NCBI GenBank assembly: GCA_033763315.1
Contig: JANRKS010000008.1
Span: forward strand, 127,078 to 191,077
Direction of reading: 5' to 3'
DNA: 64,000 nucleotides
From: Deltaproteobacteria bacterium
GTDB lineage: Bacteria > Myxococcota_A > Polyangia > Fen-1088
Shown: positions 21,701 through 30,091 of the stretch, in pieces
Position numbering within the stretch: the first letter of the stretch is position 1
Layout of the letters: each line of letters opens with the position of its first letter
Position numbers and translations under genes: made by a program
Notes under the pieces: model-generated
What the model was told of the DNA's origin: nothing
The model's input: only the letters and a program-made list of their open reading frames with translations
The model's database searches: none

Positions 21701-22053
21701 GGCAGCCGCACGTCTGCCAGGGTTTGACCTTCCACAAGGCGCATCGTCATAAACGGTCGGCTGCGCACCGAGCTAAACTCATAAAGCGGAATGATGTTCG
21801 GATGCGACAGCCGCGCCACCATCTTGGCTTCGCGGCTAAAGCGCTCGATGCGATCCGAATGGCTGTCCACGAGGAACTTCAGCGCGACGAATCGACCTAC
21901 GCGCAGATCCCACGCGCGATGAACTTCACCTCCGCCGCCGTGACCGAGTAAGCCCACGACGACGTATGAGCCAAACACGTTGTCGGGGCTTCTTGCGGCT
22001 TGCCGAACTTCGGCAGGCACTTTGGACTCGTTAGTCCGCGGATCAACCGACAT
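18733..22053 (-). CDS. Hanks-type Ser/Thr kinase with TM segment and WD40 repeats
   Basis: GHGGGGEV, VALK, HRDIKPSN, DFG, YMPPE, then a hydrophobic segment and many GH...W(D) repeats. Start re-set to ATG 22053. Confidence 0.9.
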   Translation of the reverse strand: MSVDPRTNESKVPAEVRQAARSPDNVFGSYVVVGLLGHGGGGEVHRAWDLRVGRFVALKFLVDSHSDRIERFSREAKMVARLSHPNIIPLYEFSSVRSRPFMTMRLVEGQTLADVRLPPRRCLEVMADVAEAVQYAHEHGVIHRDIKPSNLMLDNDGHPWVLDFGVARATEGGSTLTTAGSILGTLEYMPPEQAKAGRCDERSDVYSLGATLYHMLAGRPPFSGDTPFEIIYRLMRFDPPPLRQITSGVQSEVEHIVGKAMGKEPRHRYSSARALADDLRRHLAGQPISAGPIGPLTRVLKWTRRHRTLAWVSLLSMCLVLSLSVGSVFYALNVTRARNLTELRLAQALVAEGDAWVASERWSDARDRYAEASEIFARQHADDTSAVLGALDAGRSAGPPVWRTKGHNQRVRGIEVLPGQDLFVSCSDNGELIAFDLRTGAPLQVLAAVGPKRYFVQANPARTELVSGNAAGVLERWRFDGKAFGPAEVLLVVPEPLRGAAFSPDGKRLALGDEKGTLRLYDYASRKELWHTVELRGTLRALTISPDGQFIIGGGADETVRVWSSLDGKEISRMRNFQNTFSLSTEFVGQPPRLVTSGYSGSFAELSYPQLAILNTFLGHTHAVPRVHVDPGSGLYLTASFDGSVRQWKGSGKADRTLAVEHGLLTATALDLSGRLLIAGDTKGELYLFRVGDEASLWFWGHVTEGTFAAHFSQDARQILTQGPGADLAWWDRSTGAELYRTTTDESPDALTLPMGQMRARTINGAGVVSVWDLPQGKRLFAVRVTQGWARATAHTPDERFIVVGDLSGTLRLLDANTGEAIWTLGQAGVNSVWSADVSRDGQRLVLSGDHGQVAMWQLQQRRLLWKARLQGVDRILGSTSFADDGRTVAVGGSDRVVSVVDTFKGIELQRMEGHTGEVVTVTSGRNGRVMSASGDGSVRLWDGRRGQSLHAFQIATADSLEPHVSFSPSATDIVVVAAKNFLHTADLLESKEAWAHPPMQRQAGVAEATRLMALSRWYARRHLWDWAWDTLLAAEREGAVVSSEERLQVAWRSGSWQAAAAALQNRSIESDADPLRIKGLRSALDRVRNRAATVVPERGLPADTR

Positions 22054-22146
22054 AAAGCTGGAAAGGTGTGGCTTACATCGGCGCCTCACAAAGGCGGCTT
22101 TAGGCTTGCACGTGCGCGCAGGTGCCCGAGGCCCCCACACAGATCG

Positions 22147-22863
22147 TCAGCGCCACTTCTCCAAATACACCGCTGCCTCTTGTTTCCACGCCTGGCTGGC
22201 AAAATTCCCAACGCTTGCGTGGGTTAATGCCAGAGGCCAGGTGCCGACCTTCAAGCCTGCGTTGCGCGCCGTCCGGCAAAAGTCGAGGTCATAACAGTGA
22301 AAGCTAAAACGGGTGTCGAACGTCACCTTGGCTTGGCGCAAGCGTTTGACGTTTACGCCCAGAAACACGCCATCCAGAAGCTCACACGCCGCCGGGGTAG
22401 ACCCATAGAAACTGACCGGCGGCGCCGTCGGATCGCCGTGCCCTACGGCGCCAGACATAGTGCTGCGGTCCTGCCAGCCCGCAGGCGAAAGATCGGCATT
22501 GAACTTCAACGCCCATGAAGGCTGTGCCATATCGGGGGCGGTGTTGCCCGCCACGCCCACCACATCGAAACGCGCGAACGCTTCAGTTAACCGCTCAAGC
22601 AAGAACCAATCATGAACAAACACGTCGTCGTGTACGAACAGCAAAAAGTCGTCATCAGCGGCGTGAGCTAGAAAATCATTGTAGGCGGCGGCCAGGCCGG
22701 TGACCGCGTGCGGGGGACCGTTGTCCACAAGCAAAGCAATGCGTGGCAAACGCTCGCGGGGCACGCTACGCAGGCTTTTACCCAAGAGCGAGGACTCCAC
22801 AAAATCCGACCGCGACAGCCGCGACACGGAACACAGTGTTGTGTTGGCAGGCGTGAGCTTCAT
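22147..22863 (-). CDS. Glycosyltransferase family 2-like protein
   Basis: FVHDDV acidic motif, LLDGVF, FHCYDLDFC; 4-nt overlap with the upstream GT. Start re-set to ATG 22863. Confidence 0.75.
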   Translation of the reverse strand: MKLTPANTTLCSVSRLSRSDFVESSLLGKSLRSVPRERLPRIALLVDNGPPHAVTGLAAAYNDFLAHAADDDFLLFVHDDVFVHDWFLLERLTEAFARFDVVGVAGNTAPDMAQPSWALKFNADLSPAGWQDRSTMSGAVGHGDPTAPPVSFYGSTPAACELLDGVFLGVNVKRLRQAKVTFDTRFSFHCYDLDFCRTARNAGLKVGTWPLALTHASVGNFASQAWKQEAAVYLEKWR

Positions 22864-24053
22864 GTGTGAGCCTTGTGTTTCACCGCCGCACATACCGCGG
22901 TGAACAACTTGGTGTAAAGCGGCAAGCCCACATGCCAACTGCGGTTCGCGTTCACATAACGCTTTTGCTCTGCCAACGCTTGTTCGCGTCTTTGCTCATC
23001 GTGAACCAACATCTGCAGTTGCGCTAGCCACCCCGCCTGCGTGTTGTCTGCTAACAGATCGCATTCGCCTTGATAAGCGGCCACGCGGCTGGCCACCGTC
23101 ACGGTGTTGGAAACCACGTACTGATAAAACTTCACGGCAGAGCGGCATCGGTTAAAACGTGTGTCCTGCAAAGGGCACACACCAATATCAAAGTTCAAAG
23201 CCGCCAATCGCGCTGGAAAAGCGTCATAGGGAACGCTTGGCACATGTTGGTACGTCACGCCTTCCAACGCGTCTGCCATGCGGCCAAAAGCGGCCACAGC
23301 CGGGTTCTGTGCACGTGCTTTTGAAGTCACTTGTCTGGCCTTTTGCACGGTGCCATCGAAGTTCTGATCAAACATCCCAAAGATCACAAACTCAACGTCT
23401 GTTTGTCTCTGCAAAGCGGCCACTGCAGGCAGCAGCAGCGTGAGGTCGTCCGCATGTGTGGGGCCGCCACACCAGCCAACGCGCACACGGGCGTTGTTGC
23501 CAGCGCGCTGGGGCCAAGCGTCGGTATCAATCATGTTTGGCACCACCATGATGTTGCGCGCATAGCTGCCAAGCTCCTGTTTCAACGTGGGCGTTGTCAC
23601 CGTCACGACGTGCGCAGAGCCACACAACCGCTTCATCAGGTCAAGGTGGGGCGCCAAATCCGCATCGAACGACACGCCATCCGCCGGAAAGAAATACGGA
23701 TCGTCGGTGTCGCAAATCAAAGCCACACCTGCGCCCAACGCCGCCGCCAGCAGCGGCGCCATCCAGGGCGCCGATTGGCTGTTGAAATCAACCAAGTGCA
23801 AGAACACGGCGTCCACACCCGCCAAAGCCGCGGCCGGATCAGCCATCCCCCGCAATGCCTCAAGCGGCGCGCAGCTGACCACGTGAGCCTCGGCCAAGCG
23901 GCGCAACGGATCCCTGATCCGAATCACCTTTGACGGGTTGTCGGCCAGTTGCTCCGAATAAAGCACGTTCAATGGCACGGGGTGCGTACACGTTAAATCA
24001 ACGTGCGCCTCAAAGCCACTTGCGCCCCACCCGCAAAAATGCCGAACGGCCAT
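22860..24053 (-). CDS. Putative GT-B fold glycosyltransferase
   Basis: DTDD, VTVTTPTL, VPNMID, VGWCGGPTH, DIGVCPL..TRFN.CRS..K motifs typical of GT4-like proteins. Start uncertain (24053 or a downstream GTG). Confidence 0.75.
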   Translation of the reverse strand: MAVRHFCGWGASGFEAHVDLTCTHPVPLNVLYSEQLADNPSKVIRIRDPLRRLAEAHVVSCAPLEALRGMADPAAALAGVDAVFLHLVDFNSQSAPWMAPLLAAALGAGVALICDTDDPYFFPADGVSFDADLAPHLDLMKRLCGSAHVVTVTTPTLKQELGSYARNIMVVPNMIDTDAWPQRAGNNARVRVGWCGGPTHADDLTLLLPAVAALQRQTDVEFVIFGMFDQNFDGTVQKARQVTSKARAQNPAVAAFGRMADALEGVTYQHVPSVPYDAFPARLAALNFDIGVCPLQDTRFNRCRSAVKFYQYVVSNTVTVASRVAAYQGECDLLADNTQAGWLAQLQMLVHDEQRREQALAEQKRYVNANRSWHVGLPLYTKLFTAVCAAVKHKAHT

Positions 24054-24084
24054 CGTTCGCCGTCCATGGCACAATGGCCGGCGG

Positions 24085-27069
24085 ATGCTCCGATCGCTTG
24101 CAATCGCAGTGGCTCTGCTGGCCACTTGGCCGGCCCGTGCCGCGGCACCCATCACGTTTGTGCCCCATCGCCCCAGTGGCGCCGTGTTCACAAGCGCGCA
24201 GACGCCCGACGGCTACATGTGGTTTGGCACATTGAATGGCCTTTATCGCTTCGATGGCGTTCGTTACGATCGCTTCGCCCCCGAGAACACGCCCGCGTTC
24301 TCACACGCCCGCATCTACCATCTGGCGGTGACCACCGACGGACGGCTGTGGGTGGCCAGCGGCAACCCGGGCGCACAAAAAGGGCCGTGGGAACGCGGCG
24401 GCCCTGGCTTATGGGTGAAAGACAAGGCGGGCTTCATCGCCATGCACCAAGCCTTGCCAAGCCCGTGGGTGATGTCGTTGGCCGCCGACGATCACAACCG
24501 TCTGTGGGTCGGTACCCAAGAGGGGCTGGTGGTCGTTGAGGGCAACAAGGTTACGCAGCTTGGGTTTCCCGAACACACCGATCACAACGTTTTTCATGTG
24601 CGCCCCGACGGCGAAGGCCGCGTTTGGATCGGCGCGCAACCTGGTCTCTTTCGCTTTGAAGACGGGCGCTTCACGCAAACGGACGCCGGGCTTTACCCTA
24701 TCTCCTCGTCCACTGCACCGGATGGCACGCTGTGGATGACGAACCTCCACGCGGTTTACCGCCTTTTGCCCGGGCATGATCAGTGGGAACTTTGGCTCAA
24801 GGGCGTTGACGTAGGCTTGTCGCAGATTCGCGCCGTCGCCCAAGATCTGCGTGGCCACGTCTGGGTGGCCGGCTCGGGCCTCGCACGCGTCGATCCCGTC
24901 ACCAAAAAGACGTCCCCTTTCCAAGCGATGGATGTCACTTCCGATCCCAATCGCTTCATGATCCATTCGCTGCTGTTTGATCGCGAGGGCAGCTTGTGGG
25001 CGGGCTCGCGCGAAGGTGGTGTGTTTCAAGGCACGCCCGCGCGGGTCGCCAATTACGGCAGCCGCGAAGGTATGCCAGGCGACGTTGGTTTTTCATGCTT
25101 GGCCGGCGACGACGCTCACGTCTATTTGGCTTACGGAGGCGGTGTCACGCGGGTCATCGACGACACATTCGAGCCGCTGACCGATCTGCCCAACGCTCCG
25201 AGGGCGCCGGTTCGTTCAATGGCACAGGCGCCTGATCACAGCGTGTGGATGGTGGGTGAGGAAGGTTTCGTGCATCGCCTGGCTCACAAGGCGTTTGCGA
25301 AACTGAGCTTGGCCAGCTCAGACGCGAAGACGGGCCCCGCCAGCAGCTTGATATTCGATGAACACGGAGATCTTTGGATTGCCTTCGATGGTGGCGTCGT
25401 GGGTCGCTACGTTGTACCCGAGGCGTCAGCTCCCACCGAACCTCTCACACCTGTGCAATCCTTCACGAGCAAGGATGGTCTGTGCCAAGGGCGCCATCTG
25501 GTGGCCGCACGTCGACGCGCCGGGGGCGTTTGGTTTGGCTCGTACGACGAAGGCATCTCACAAGTGTCCGCGGAAGGCGCGACTTGCATCAAAGGCGGTG
25601 GCATACCGATTGGCACGATCATGGGGCTGCATGAAGAGCCTGATGGATCGTTGTACTTCGGCGTCAACGGCATACCCGGCCTGTTTCGGCGGCGGCCGAG
25701 CAAGCTATCGCATTACGCGCAAGGCATCTCGGCCACCGCGTTCGGCATCACCAGCGATCTGCGTGGCCATCTGTGGATGGGATCGTCGGCGGGGGCGCTC
25801 AAAGTGACGGTTGCGGATCTGGATGCGAACGATGCCTCACCTGATCCCGCGCACGCGCCCTTGCCTTGGCTTGCGTTCTCACACGCGGATGGTTTGCGCG
25901 GCGACGAAAGCATGGGGGGCACATCGCCGGCCGCGGCCCTCGGCCACGACGGCCGGTTTTGGTTTCCCACGTTGCGCGGCTTTTCAGCCATCGCCGATCC
26001 CGAAACATTGACACCCGTACCACTCGTGCCGCCCACGGTGCAAAACGTCCGCGCCAACGACGACGAACTTTTGGGCGCGGGCCCGCACGTCTTGCCTGCA
26101 GGCACCAAAAGCTTTGCCATTTCCTACACCAGCGCCACCTTCACGCTGCCAAGCCAGCTTTCCTTTGAGTATCAACTGCAAGGCTTTGATTCCAGTTGGG
26201 TGCAGGCACAAAATCGACGCGCGGCCTTCTACACGAACGTGCCGCCGGGCCGATACCAGTTCATGCTGCGCGTGCGCCGCGGCGGCGGCCGGCCTGTATC
26301 GATGCTGCAACCCATGGTGATCAGGGTTTCACCGTTCTTTTATCAAACTTGGGCGTTTTACCTTGTGGTCGCAGCCCTCGTGCTTGCCGCTGCGTTCGCC
26401 GCCCACAAACTGCGTTTGGCACAGCTGGAAAGCCGCCATTTTGCCATCCACGTCGAACGCGCGCGCTTGGCCCGCGAGCTGCACGATCATCTGGGCCAAG
26501 GTTTTACGGCAATCGGTTTTGCTTTGGACGCTTTGCGCGCGCGGCTCAAAGGCAACGACAGCGCCCATGTGGCGGAGCAGGCGCGTGGCATCCTTGAACA
26601 CTGTCAGATCGAAACGCGGAGATTGGTGTGGGATCTGCGTTCAGAGGCCGAGCGGCATCCCGATCTGCAGGCGGCGTTGCGGCAAATGGTGGAACGGTCG
26701 CGGGTGGAAGGCGGGCCGCAGATCGAGTTTGTTTGCGAGGGGCAAAGCCAGGTCTCAGGGATGGCACAACACGAGCTGCCACTCATCGCCCAAGAAGCGG
26801 TCACCAACGCCCTTCGCCACGCTCAGGCCGAACGCATCACTGTGAGCTTGCAGTGCAGCGACGCCACCACCACGATCACCGTCACTGACGACGGCAAGGG
26901 CTTCCCCGCCAAGCCCGGCGGCGGCTCGCCCGCCCTTGACGGCCACTTTGGCCTCGTGGGCATGGAAGAGCGCGCGCGACGCTTGCAGGCGGATCTGCAG
27001 ATTCACAGCGGCCCGGGCGTCGGCACGGAGATTTCGATCACGGTGTCGAACAACCACGTGAAACCGTAG
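24085..27069 (+). CDS. Sensor histidine kinase with beta-propeller (Reg_prop) repeats, Y_Y_Y and HisKA_3 domains
   Basis: Signal peptide, repeated D..G.LW.GT units, YQLQGFD..W/YTNVPPGRY, TM segment, ERARLARELHD, EAVTNALRHA, DDGKG, GLVGMEER. Confidence 0.92.
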   Translation: MLRSLAIAVALLATWPARAAAPITFVPHRPSGAVFTSAQTPDGYMWFGTLNGLYRFDGVRYDRFAPENTPAFSHARIYHLAVTTDGRLWVASGNPGAQKGPWERGGPGLWVKDKAGFIAMHQALPSPWVMSLAADDHNRLWVGTQEGLVVVEGNKVTQLGFPEHTDHNVFHVRPDGEGRVWIGAQPGLFRFEDGRFTQTDAGLYPISSSTAPDGTLWMTNLHAVYRLLPGHDQWELWLKGVDVGLSQIRAVAQDLRGHVWVAGSGLARVDPVTKKTSPFQAMDVTSDPNRFMIHSLLFDREGSLWAGSREGGVFQGTPARVANYGSREGMPGDVGFSCLAGDDAHVYLAYGGGVTRVIDDTFEPLTDLPNAPRAPVRSMAQAPDHSVWMVGEEGFVHRLAHKAFAKLSLASSDAKTGPASSLIFDEHGDLWIAFDGGVVGRYVVPEASAPTEPLTPVQSFTSKDGLCQGRHLVAARRRAGGVWFGSYDEGISQVSAEGATCIKGGGIPIGTIMGLHEEPDGSLYFGVNGIPGLFRRRPSKLSHYAQGISATAFGITSDLRGHLWMGSSAGALKVTVADLDANDASPDPAHAPLPWLAFSHADGLRGDESMGGTSPAAALGHDGRFWFPTLRGFSAIADPETLTPVPLVPPTVQNVRANDDELLGAGPHVLPAGTKSFAISYTSATFTLPSQLSFEYQLQGFDSSWVQAQNRRAAFYTNVPPGRYQFMLRVRRGGGRPVSMLQPMVIRVSPFFYQTWAFYLVVAALVLAAAFAAHKLRLAQLESRHFAIHVERARLARELHDHLGQGFTAIGFALDALRARLKGNDSAHVAEQARGILEHCQIETRRLVWDLRSEAERHPDLQAALRQMVERSRVEGGPQIEFVCEGQSQVSGMAQHELPLIAQEAVTNALRHAQAERITVSLQCSDATTTITVTDDGKGFPAKPGGGSPALDGHFGLVGMEERARRLQADLQIHSGPGVGTEISITVSNNHVKP

Positions 27070-27102
27070 ACATTCGCGTGCCGCTCGCTGAAACTAAACA
27101 CT

Positions 27103-27738
27103 GTGACCGATCCCACGAACCACATCCGCATCCTTTTGGCGGAAGACAACTTGCTCACACGGTTGGGCACCACCACTTTGTTGGAAACGGAAAGCGATCT
27201 GAAAATCGTTGCGACGGCGGCCGACGGCGAAGAAGCCGTGGCGCTCTACAACCAGCACCTTCCGGACGTCGCCATCGTGGATCTGAAGATGCCGAAGCTT
27301 GATGGGGTGGCCGCCATTGAAGCCATTCGAAAGCAGCACGCGGAGGCGAAGATCCTAATCCTTACGCACTACCAGGGCGAAGAAGATATCTTCTTGGCGC
27401 TTAAAGCCGGTGCGATGGGATATGTGTCCAAAGAGATCCGCGGTGAGGCCTTGATCGAGGCCATCCGCACGGTGGCGCGGGGCAGACGCTACTTGCCCCC
27501 CGACCTGGCCGAGCGCCTTCGCGATCGCGAGCAACGCCCGCCGCTGTCCCCGCGCGAGCGTGAAGTTCTGCGGCTCATATCCAAGGGCCTGACCAACCAA
27601 CAGATTTCGGAAACGCTGGGTATCTCACCTAAGACCACAGCCATCTACGTGGGCAGCCTGCTCCAAAAGCTGGACGCGCAGAGCCGCACAGAAGCCGTGG
27701 CCATCGCCATGGAGCGGGGCATTTTGTCGGCCCTGTGA
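27103..27738 (+). CDS. NarL/LuxR-family response regulator
   Basis: Receiver (AEDN, DLKMP) and LuxR HTH (LSPREREVL...GLTNQQI). Confidence 0.93.
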   Translation: MTDPTNHIRILLAEDNLLTRLGTTTLLETESDLKIVATAADGEEAVALYNQHLPDVAIVDLKMPKLDGVAAIEAIRKQHAEAKILILTHYQGEEDIFLALKAGAMGYVSKEIRGEALIEAIRTVARGRRYLPPDLAERLRDREQRPPLSPREREVLRLISKGLTNQQISETLGISPKTTAIYVGSLLQKLDAQSRTEAVAIAMERGILSAL

Positions 27739-27901
27739 CAAACCTCCCCCTTTTTCGCGCTTCTTTGTCTCCATTCACAGCCGACGCCCGTTTCGGGTTA
27801 TGCTGCTCGCGCTCGCGGCCTAATTTGAGCCCCGATGCCTGGAATAGAACCGGTGTGACGCCTGTCTCATCTAGACAAAAAGCGGTTCACTCAAAAAAAA
27901 A

Positions 27902-27928
27902 TGAAACCGTCGCCCCGCGGCGAACGTA
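27902..27928 (+). promoter_or_regulatory. Putative ECF sigma factor promoter for the RiPP precursor gene
   Basis: TGAAAC-N17-CGTA matches the generic ECF -35 AAC / -10 CGT pattern; preceded by an A-tract (27893-27901) and ends 43 nt upstream of the ATG; AGGAG RBS at 27957-27961. Confidence 0.55.
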
Positions 27929-27971
27929 CTTGTGAACGTCCACTAGACCCACCAACAGGAGACTGAGTTAC

Positions 27972-28298
27972 ATGAGCACGAAGGCAACGTTGATCGCAGC
28001 TATGGCCGCTGGTTTTTTGACCGCCGGCCTTCCTTTGGCCGCCCACGCCAGCCACATGGATGGCAAGTCTGTGGCCGCCGAAAAGGGCAGCTGCAAGGGC
28101 AAAGACGGCTGTAAGGGCAAAGACGGCTGTAAGGGCAAGGACGGCAAGAAATTTGCCGCCGAAAAGGGCAGCTGTAAAGGCAAAGACGGCTGCAAAGGCA
28201 AGGACGGCTGCAAGGGCAAGGACGGCAAGAAAGTCGCCGCCGAAAAAGGCAGCTGCAAAGGCAAAGACGGCTGCAAAGGCAAAGACGGCAAGAAGTAG
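27972..28298 (+). CDS. Secreted Cys/Lys-rich repeat peptide; MNIO RiPP (bufferin/oxazolin-like) precursor
   Basis: Sec signal ending AHA, then eight CKGKDG units; immediately upstream of DUF692 and DUF2063 genes. Confidence 0.85.
   Translation: MSTKATLIAAMAAGFLTAGLPLAAHASHMDGKSVAAEKGSCKGKDGCKGKDGCKGKDGKKFAAEKGSCKGKDGCKGKDGCKGKDGKKVAAEKGSCKGKDGCKGKDGKK
28074..28295 (+). repeat. Nested coding repeat: 81-nt modules made of 18-nt units
   Basis: Modules start at 28074, 28155 and 28236 (third is one unit shorter); 18-nt unit TGYAARGGCAARGACGGC varies only at synonymous positions. Confidence 0.95.
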
Positions 28299-28316
28299 TT
28301 CTTCCGCGCACTCTTC

Positions 28317-28353
28317 AAAAAGCAGCTCTCCTGCAAACGGGGGCTGCTTTTTT
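28317..28353 (+). terminator. Intrinsic terminator-like hairpin between precursor and MNIO genes
   Basis: AAAAAGCAGCTC...GGGCTGCTTTTTT: inverted repeat followed by a T-run. Confidence 0.7.
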
Positions 28354-28374
28354 CCTTTCTGGGGAATGATGACG

Positions 28375-29283
28375 ATGCCAAGCAAATCCAGCCACACCGA
28401 TGTGCCCTTCTTGGGGTTTGGCCTAGGTCTGCGAACGCCACACTACAGTGAGATCGAAGAGGGTCCCGTCGGCGTCGATTGGTTCGAGGCCATCAGCGAA
28501 AACTTCATGCGCCCGGGTGGCAACCCACGGCGCGTGCTGCGTGCCATCCGTGAACGCTTCCCCGTCGTACTGCACGGTGTGTCCTTGTCCATCGGTGCGG
28601 TTGATCCTTTGAACGAGGAGTACCTCAACACGTTGGCGGCGCTGGTCAAAGACGTGGAGCCCACACTGGTATCGGATCACTTGTGCTGGAGCGGCAACCA
28701 AGGCTTGTACGCGCATGATCTGCTGCCGCTGCCTTACACCGAAGAAGCCCTGGAGCATGTGGCAAAACGCATCTTGCAAGTGCAGGACAAGCTCAAGCGC
28801 CGCTTGGTGATCGAAAACGTTTCCAGTTACATGGCGTTTGCGCAATCCACCATGACCGAATGGGAGTTTCTGACCGAGGTGTGCCGCAAAGCTGATTGCT
28901 TGCTACTGCTCGACGTGAACAACATCTTCGTCAGCGCCCACAATCACAAGTTTGATGGCTTGGCGTTCATCAATGGCGTGCCCGCTGATCGCGTGGCGCA
29001 GATCCATGTGGCCGGGCACCGCAAGCGCGGCGAACTGCTGCTGGACACGCATGATCACGCTGTGCCCGAAGGGGTGTGGGCTTTATACGAAGCCGCCATC
29101 CGGCGCTGTGGCCCCGTATCCACTCTGGTGGAGTGGGACGCCGAGATACCTCCTTTGGCCGACGTGATCGCACAAGCGGATCGCGCACGCAGCATCGCCC
29201 TACGCGTGCATGGGCCGTTGCAAGTGCCTCATGGGGAACGTCACACAGTGGCTCCCGCACGCAAAGGGGCGCAACGTGGCTAA
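28375..29283 (+). CDS. Multinuclear non-heme iron oxidative enzyme (MNIO, DUF692; BufB/MbnB-like)
   Basis: GFGLGLR, EAISENF, LHGVSLSIG, SDHLCW, DLLPLP, IENVS, LLDVNN, QIHVAGH, DTHD, EWD metal-ligand motifs. Start re-set from the ORF track (ATGs at 28366/28369/28375). Confidence 0.93.
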   Translation: MPSKSSHTDVPFLGFGLGLRTPHYSEIEEGPVGVDWFEAISENFMRPGGNPRRVLRAIRERFPVVLHGVSLSIGAVDPLNEEYLNTLAALVKDVEPTLVSDHLCWSGNQGLYAHDLLPLPYTEEALEHVAKRILQVQDKLKRRLVIENVSSYMAFAQSTMTEWEFLTEVCRKADCLLLLDVNNIFVSAHNHKFDGLAFINGVPADRVAQIHVAGHRKRGELLLDTHDHAVPEGVWALYEAAIRRCGPVSTLVEWDAEIPPLADVIAQADRARSIALRVHGPLQVPHGERHTVAPARKGAQRG

Positions 29284-30091
29284 AGCGCCGCATTTGCCGC
29301 TGGCCGCGTTGCAAGAGCGGCTGTTTAACTTGATCACCGCTCGCGACAACGTCGATGAGACATTGGCCGCACAAGGCCTGCCCCAAAGCCACGTCACCGA
29401 TCACATATTGGGCGACGATCGCCTTGATGGCGTTGGCCGCCTCAACATCTACAACAACATGTACTTCTTCCGGTTGTTGGAAGACGTATTGCAAGCGGAT
29501 TACCCAACGGTGGCCGCGGTGCTGGGAGAAGAAGGTTTTCGTTCATTGGTGGCCGATTATCTGCAAGCCTGCCCTTCCATCAAACCTTCCGCACGGTATG
29601 CCAGTGAACGGTTGCCCTTGTTTTTGTCGACGTGGGGCACCCCAACGCCTGTGTGGTTGCCATCGCTTGCGGCTTTGGAATGGGCGCGCGTGGACGTTTT
29701 CGATGACGCGGATGACGAGAAACTGACGCTGCAGCAAGCGCAAGCCACAAGCGATCTGCCTTCGTTGCGGTTGATCCTCGTTACCGCTCACCGCACAGTG
29801 AGCTCGTCACACTTGATAGCCGACGTATGGCGGGCCGTGGAACACGAAGAAGCTCCGCCTGAGCCCGCCGCGGAGGCTTGCACGTTGCTGGTGTGGCGCG
29901 AAGACGCCATGGTTTACCACCGCCCGCTTTCGGCGGATGAAACGGCCTTCTGGCCGAAGCTGCAAAGCGGCCTTTGCTTTGGTGACCTTTGCGAACACTT
30001 GGGCCAAAAGTATTCTGACGCAGAGGCGGCCGCCACAGCGGTGCAGCTTTTGACAGCTTGGCTAAATGATGGGCTTCTGGCGGCGCGCTAA
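29276..30091 (+). CDS. MNIO partner protein (DUF2063 / BufC-like)
   Basis: RLNIYNNMY..RL, DYP.VAAVLGEEGF, LAALEWA motifs; GTG start overlapping the MNIO end with an AAGGGG RBS. Confidence 0.85.
   Translation: MAKAPHLPLAALQERLFNLITARDNVDETLAAQGLPQSHVTDHILGDDRLDGVGRLNIYNNMYFFRLLEDVLQADYPTVAAVLGEEGFRSLVADYLQACPSIKPSARYASERLPLFLSTWGTPTPVWLPSLAALEWARVDVFDDADDEKLTLQQAQATSDLPSLRLILVTAHRTVSSSHLIADVWRAVEHEEAPPEPAAEACTLLVWREDAMVYHRPLSADETAFWPKLQSGLCFGDLCEHLGQKYSDAEAAATAVQLLTAWLNDGLLAAR

Noticed and set aside
28074-28295. Regular repeats as CRISPR or a non-coding tandem repeat
   Set aside because: In frame, no unique spacers, variation almost entirely synonymous: a coding repeat.
28060-28374. Ala/Arg/Lys-rich N-terminal extension on the MNIO ORF
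   Set aside because: Alternate frame of the precursor repeat that crosses a terminator; the DUF692 domain begins after 28375.
27891-28441. Antisense repeat ORFs (FAFAAV.. and LPSLPLQ..)
   Set aside because: Mirror images of the precursor repeat; the plus-strand ORF has the RBS, signal peptide and operon context.
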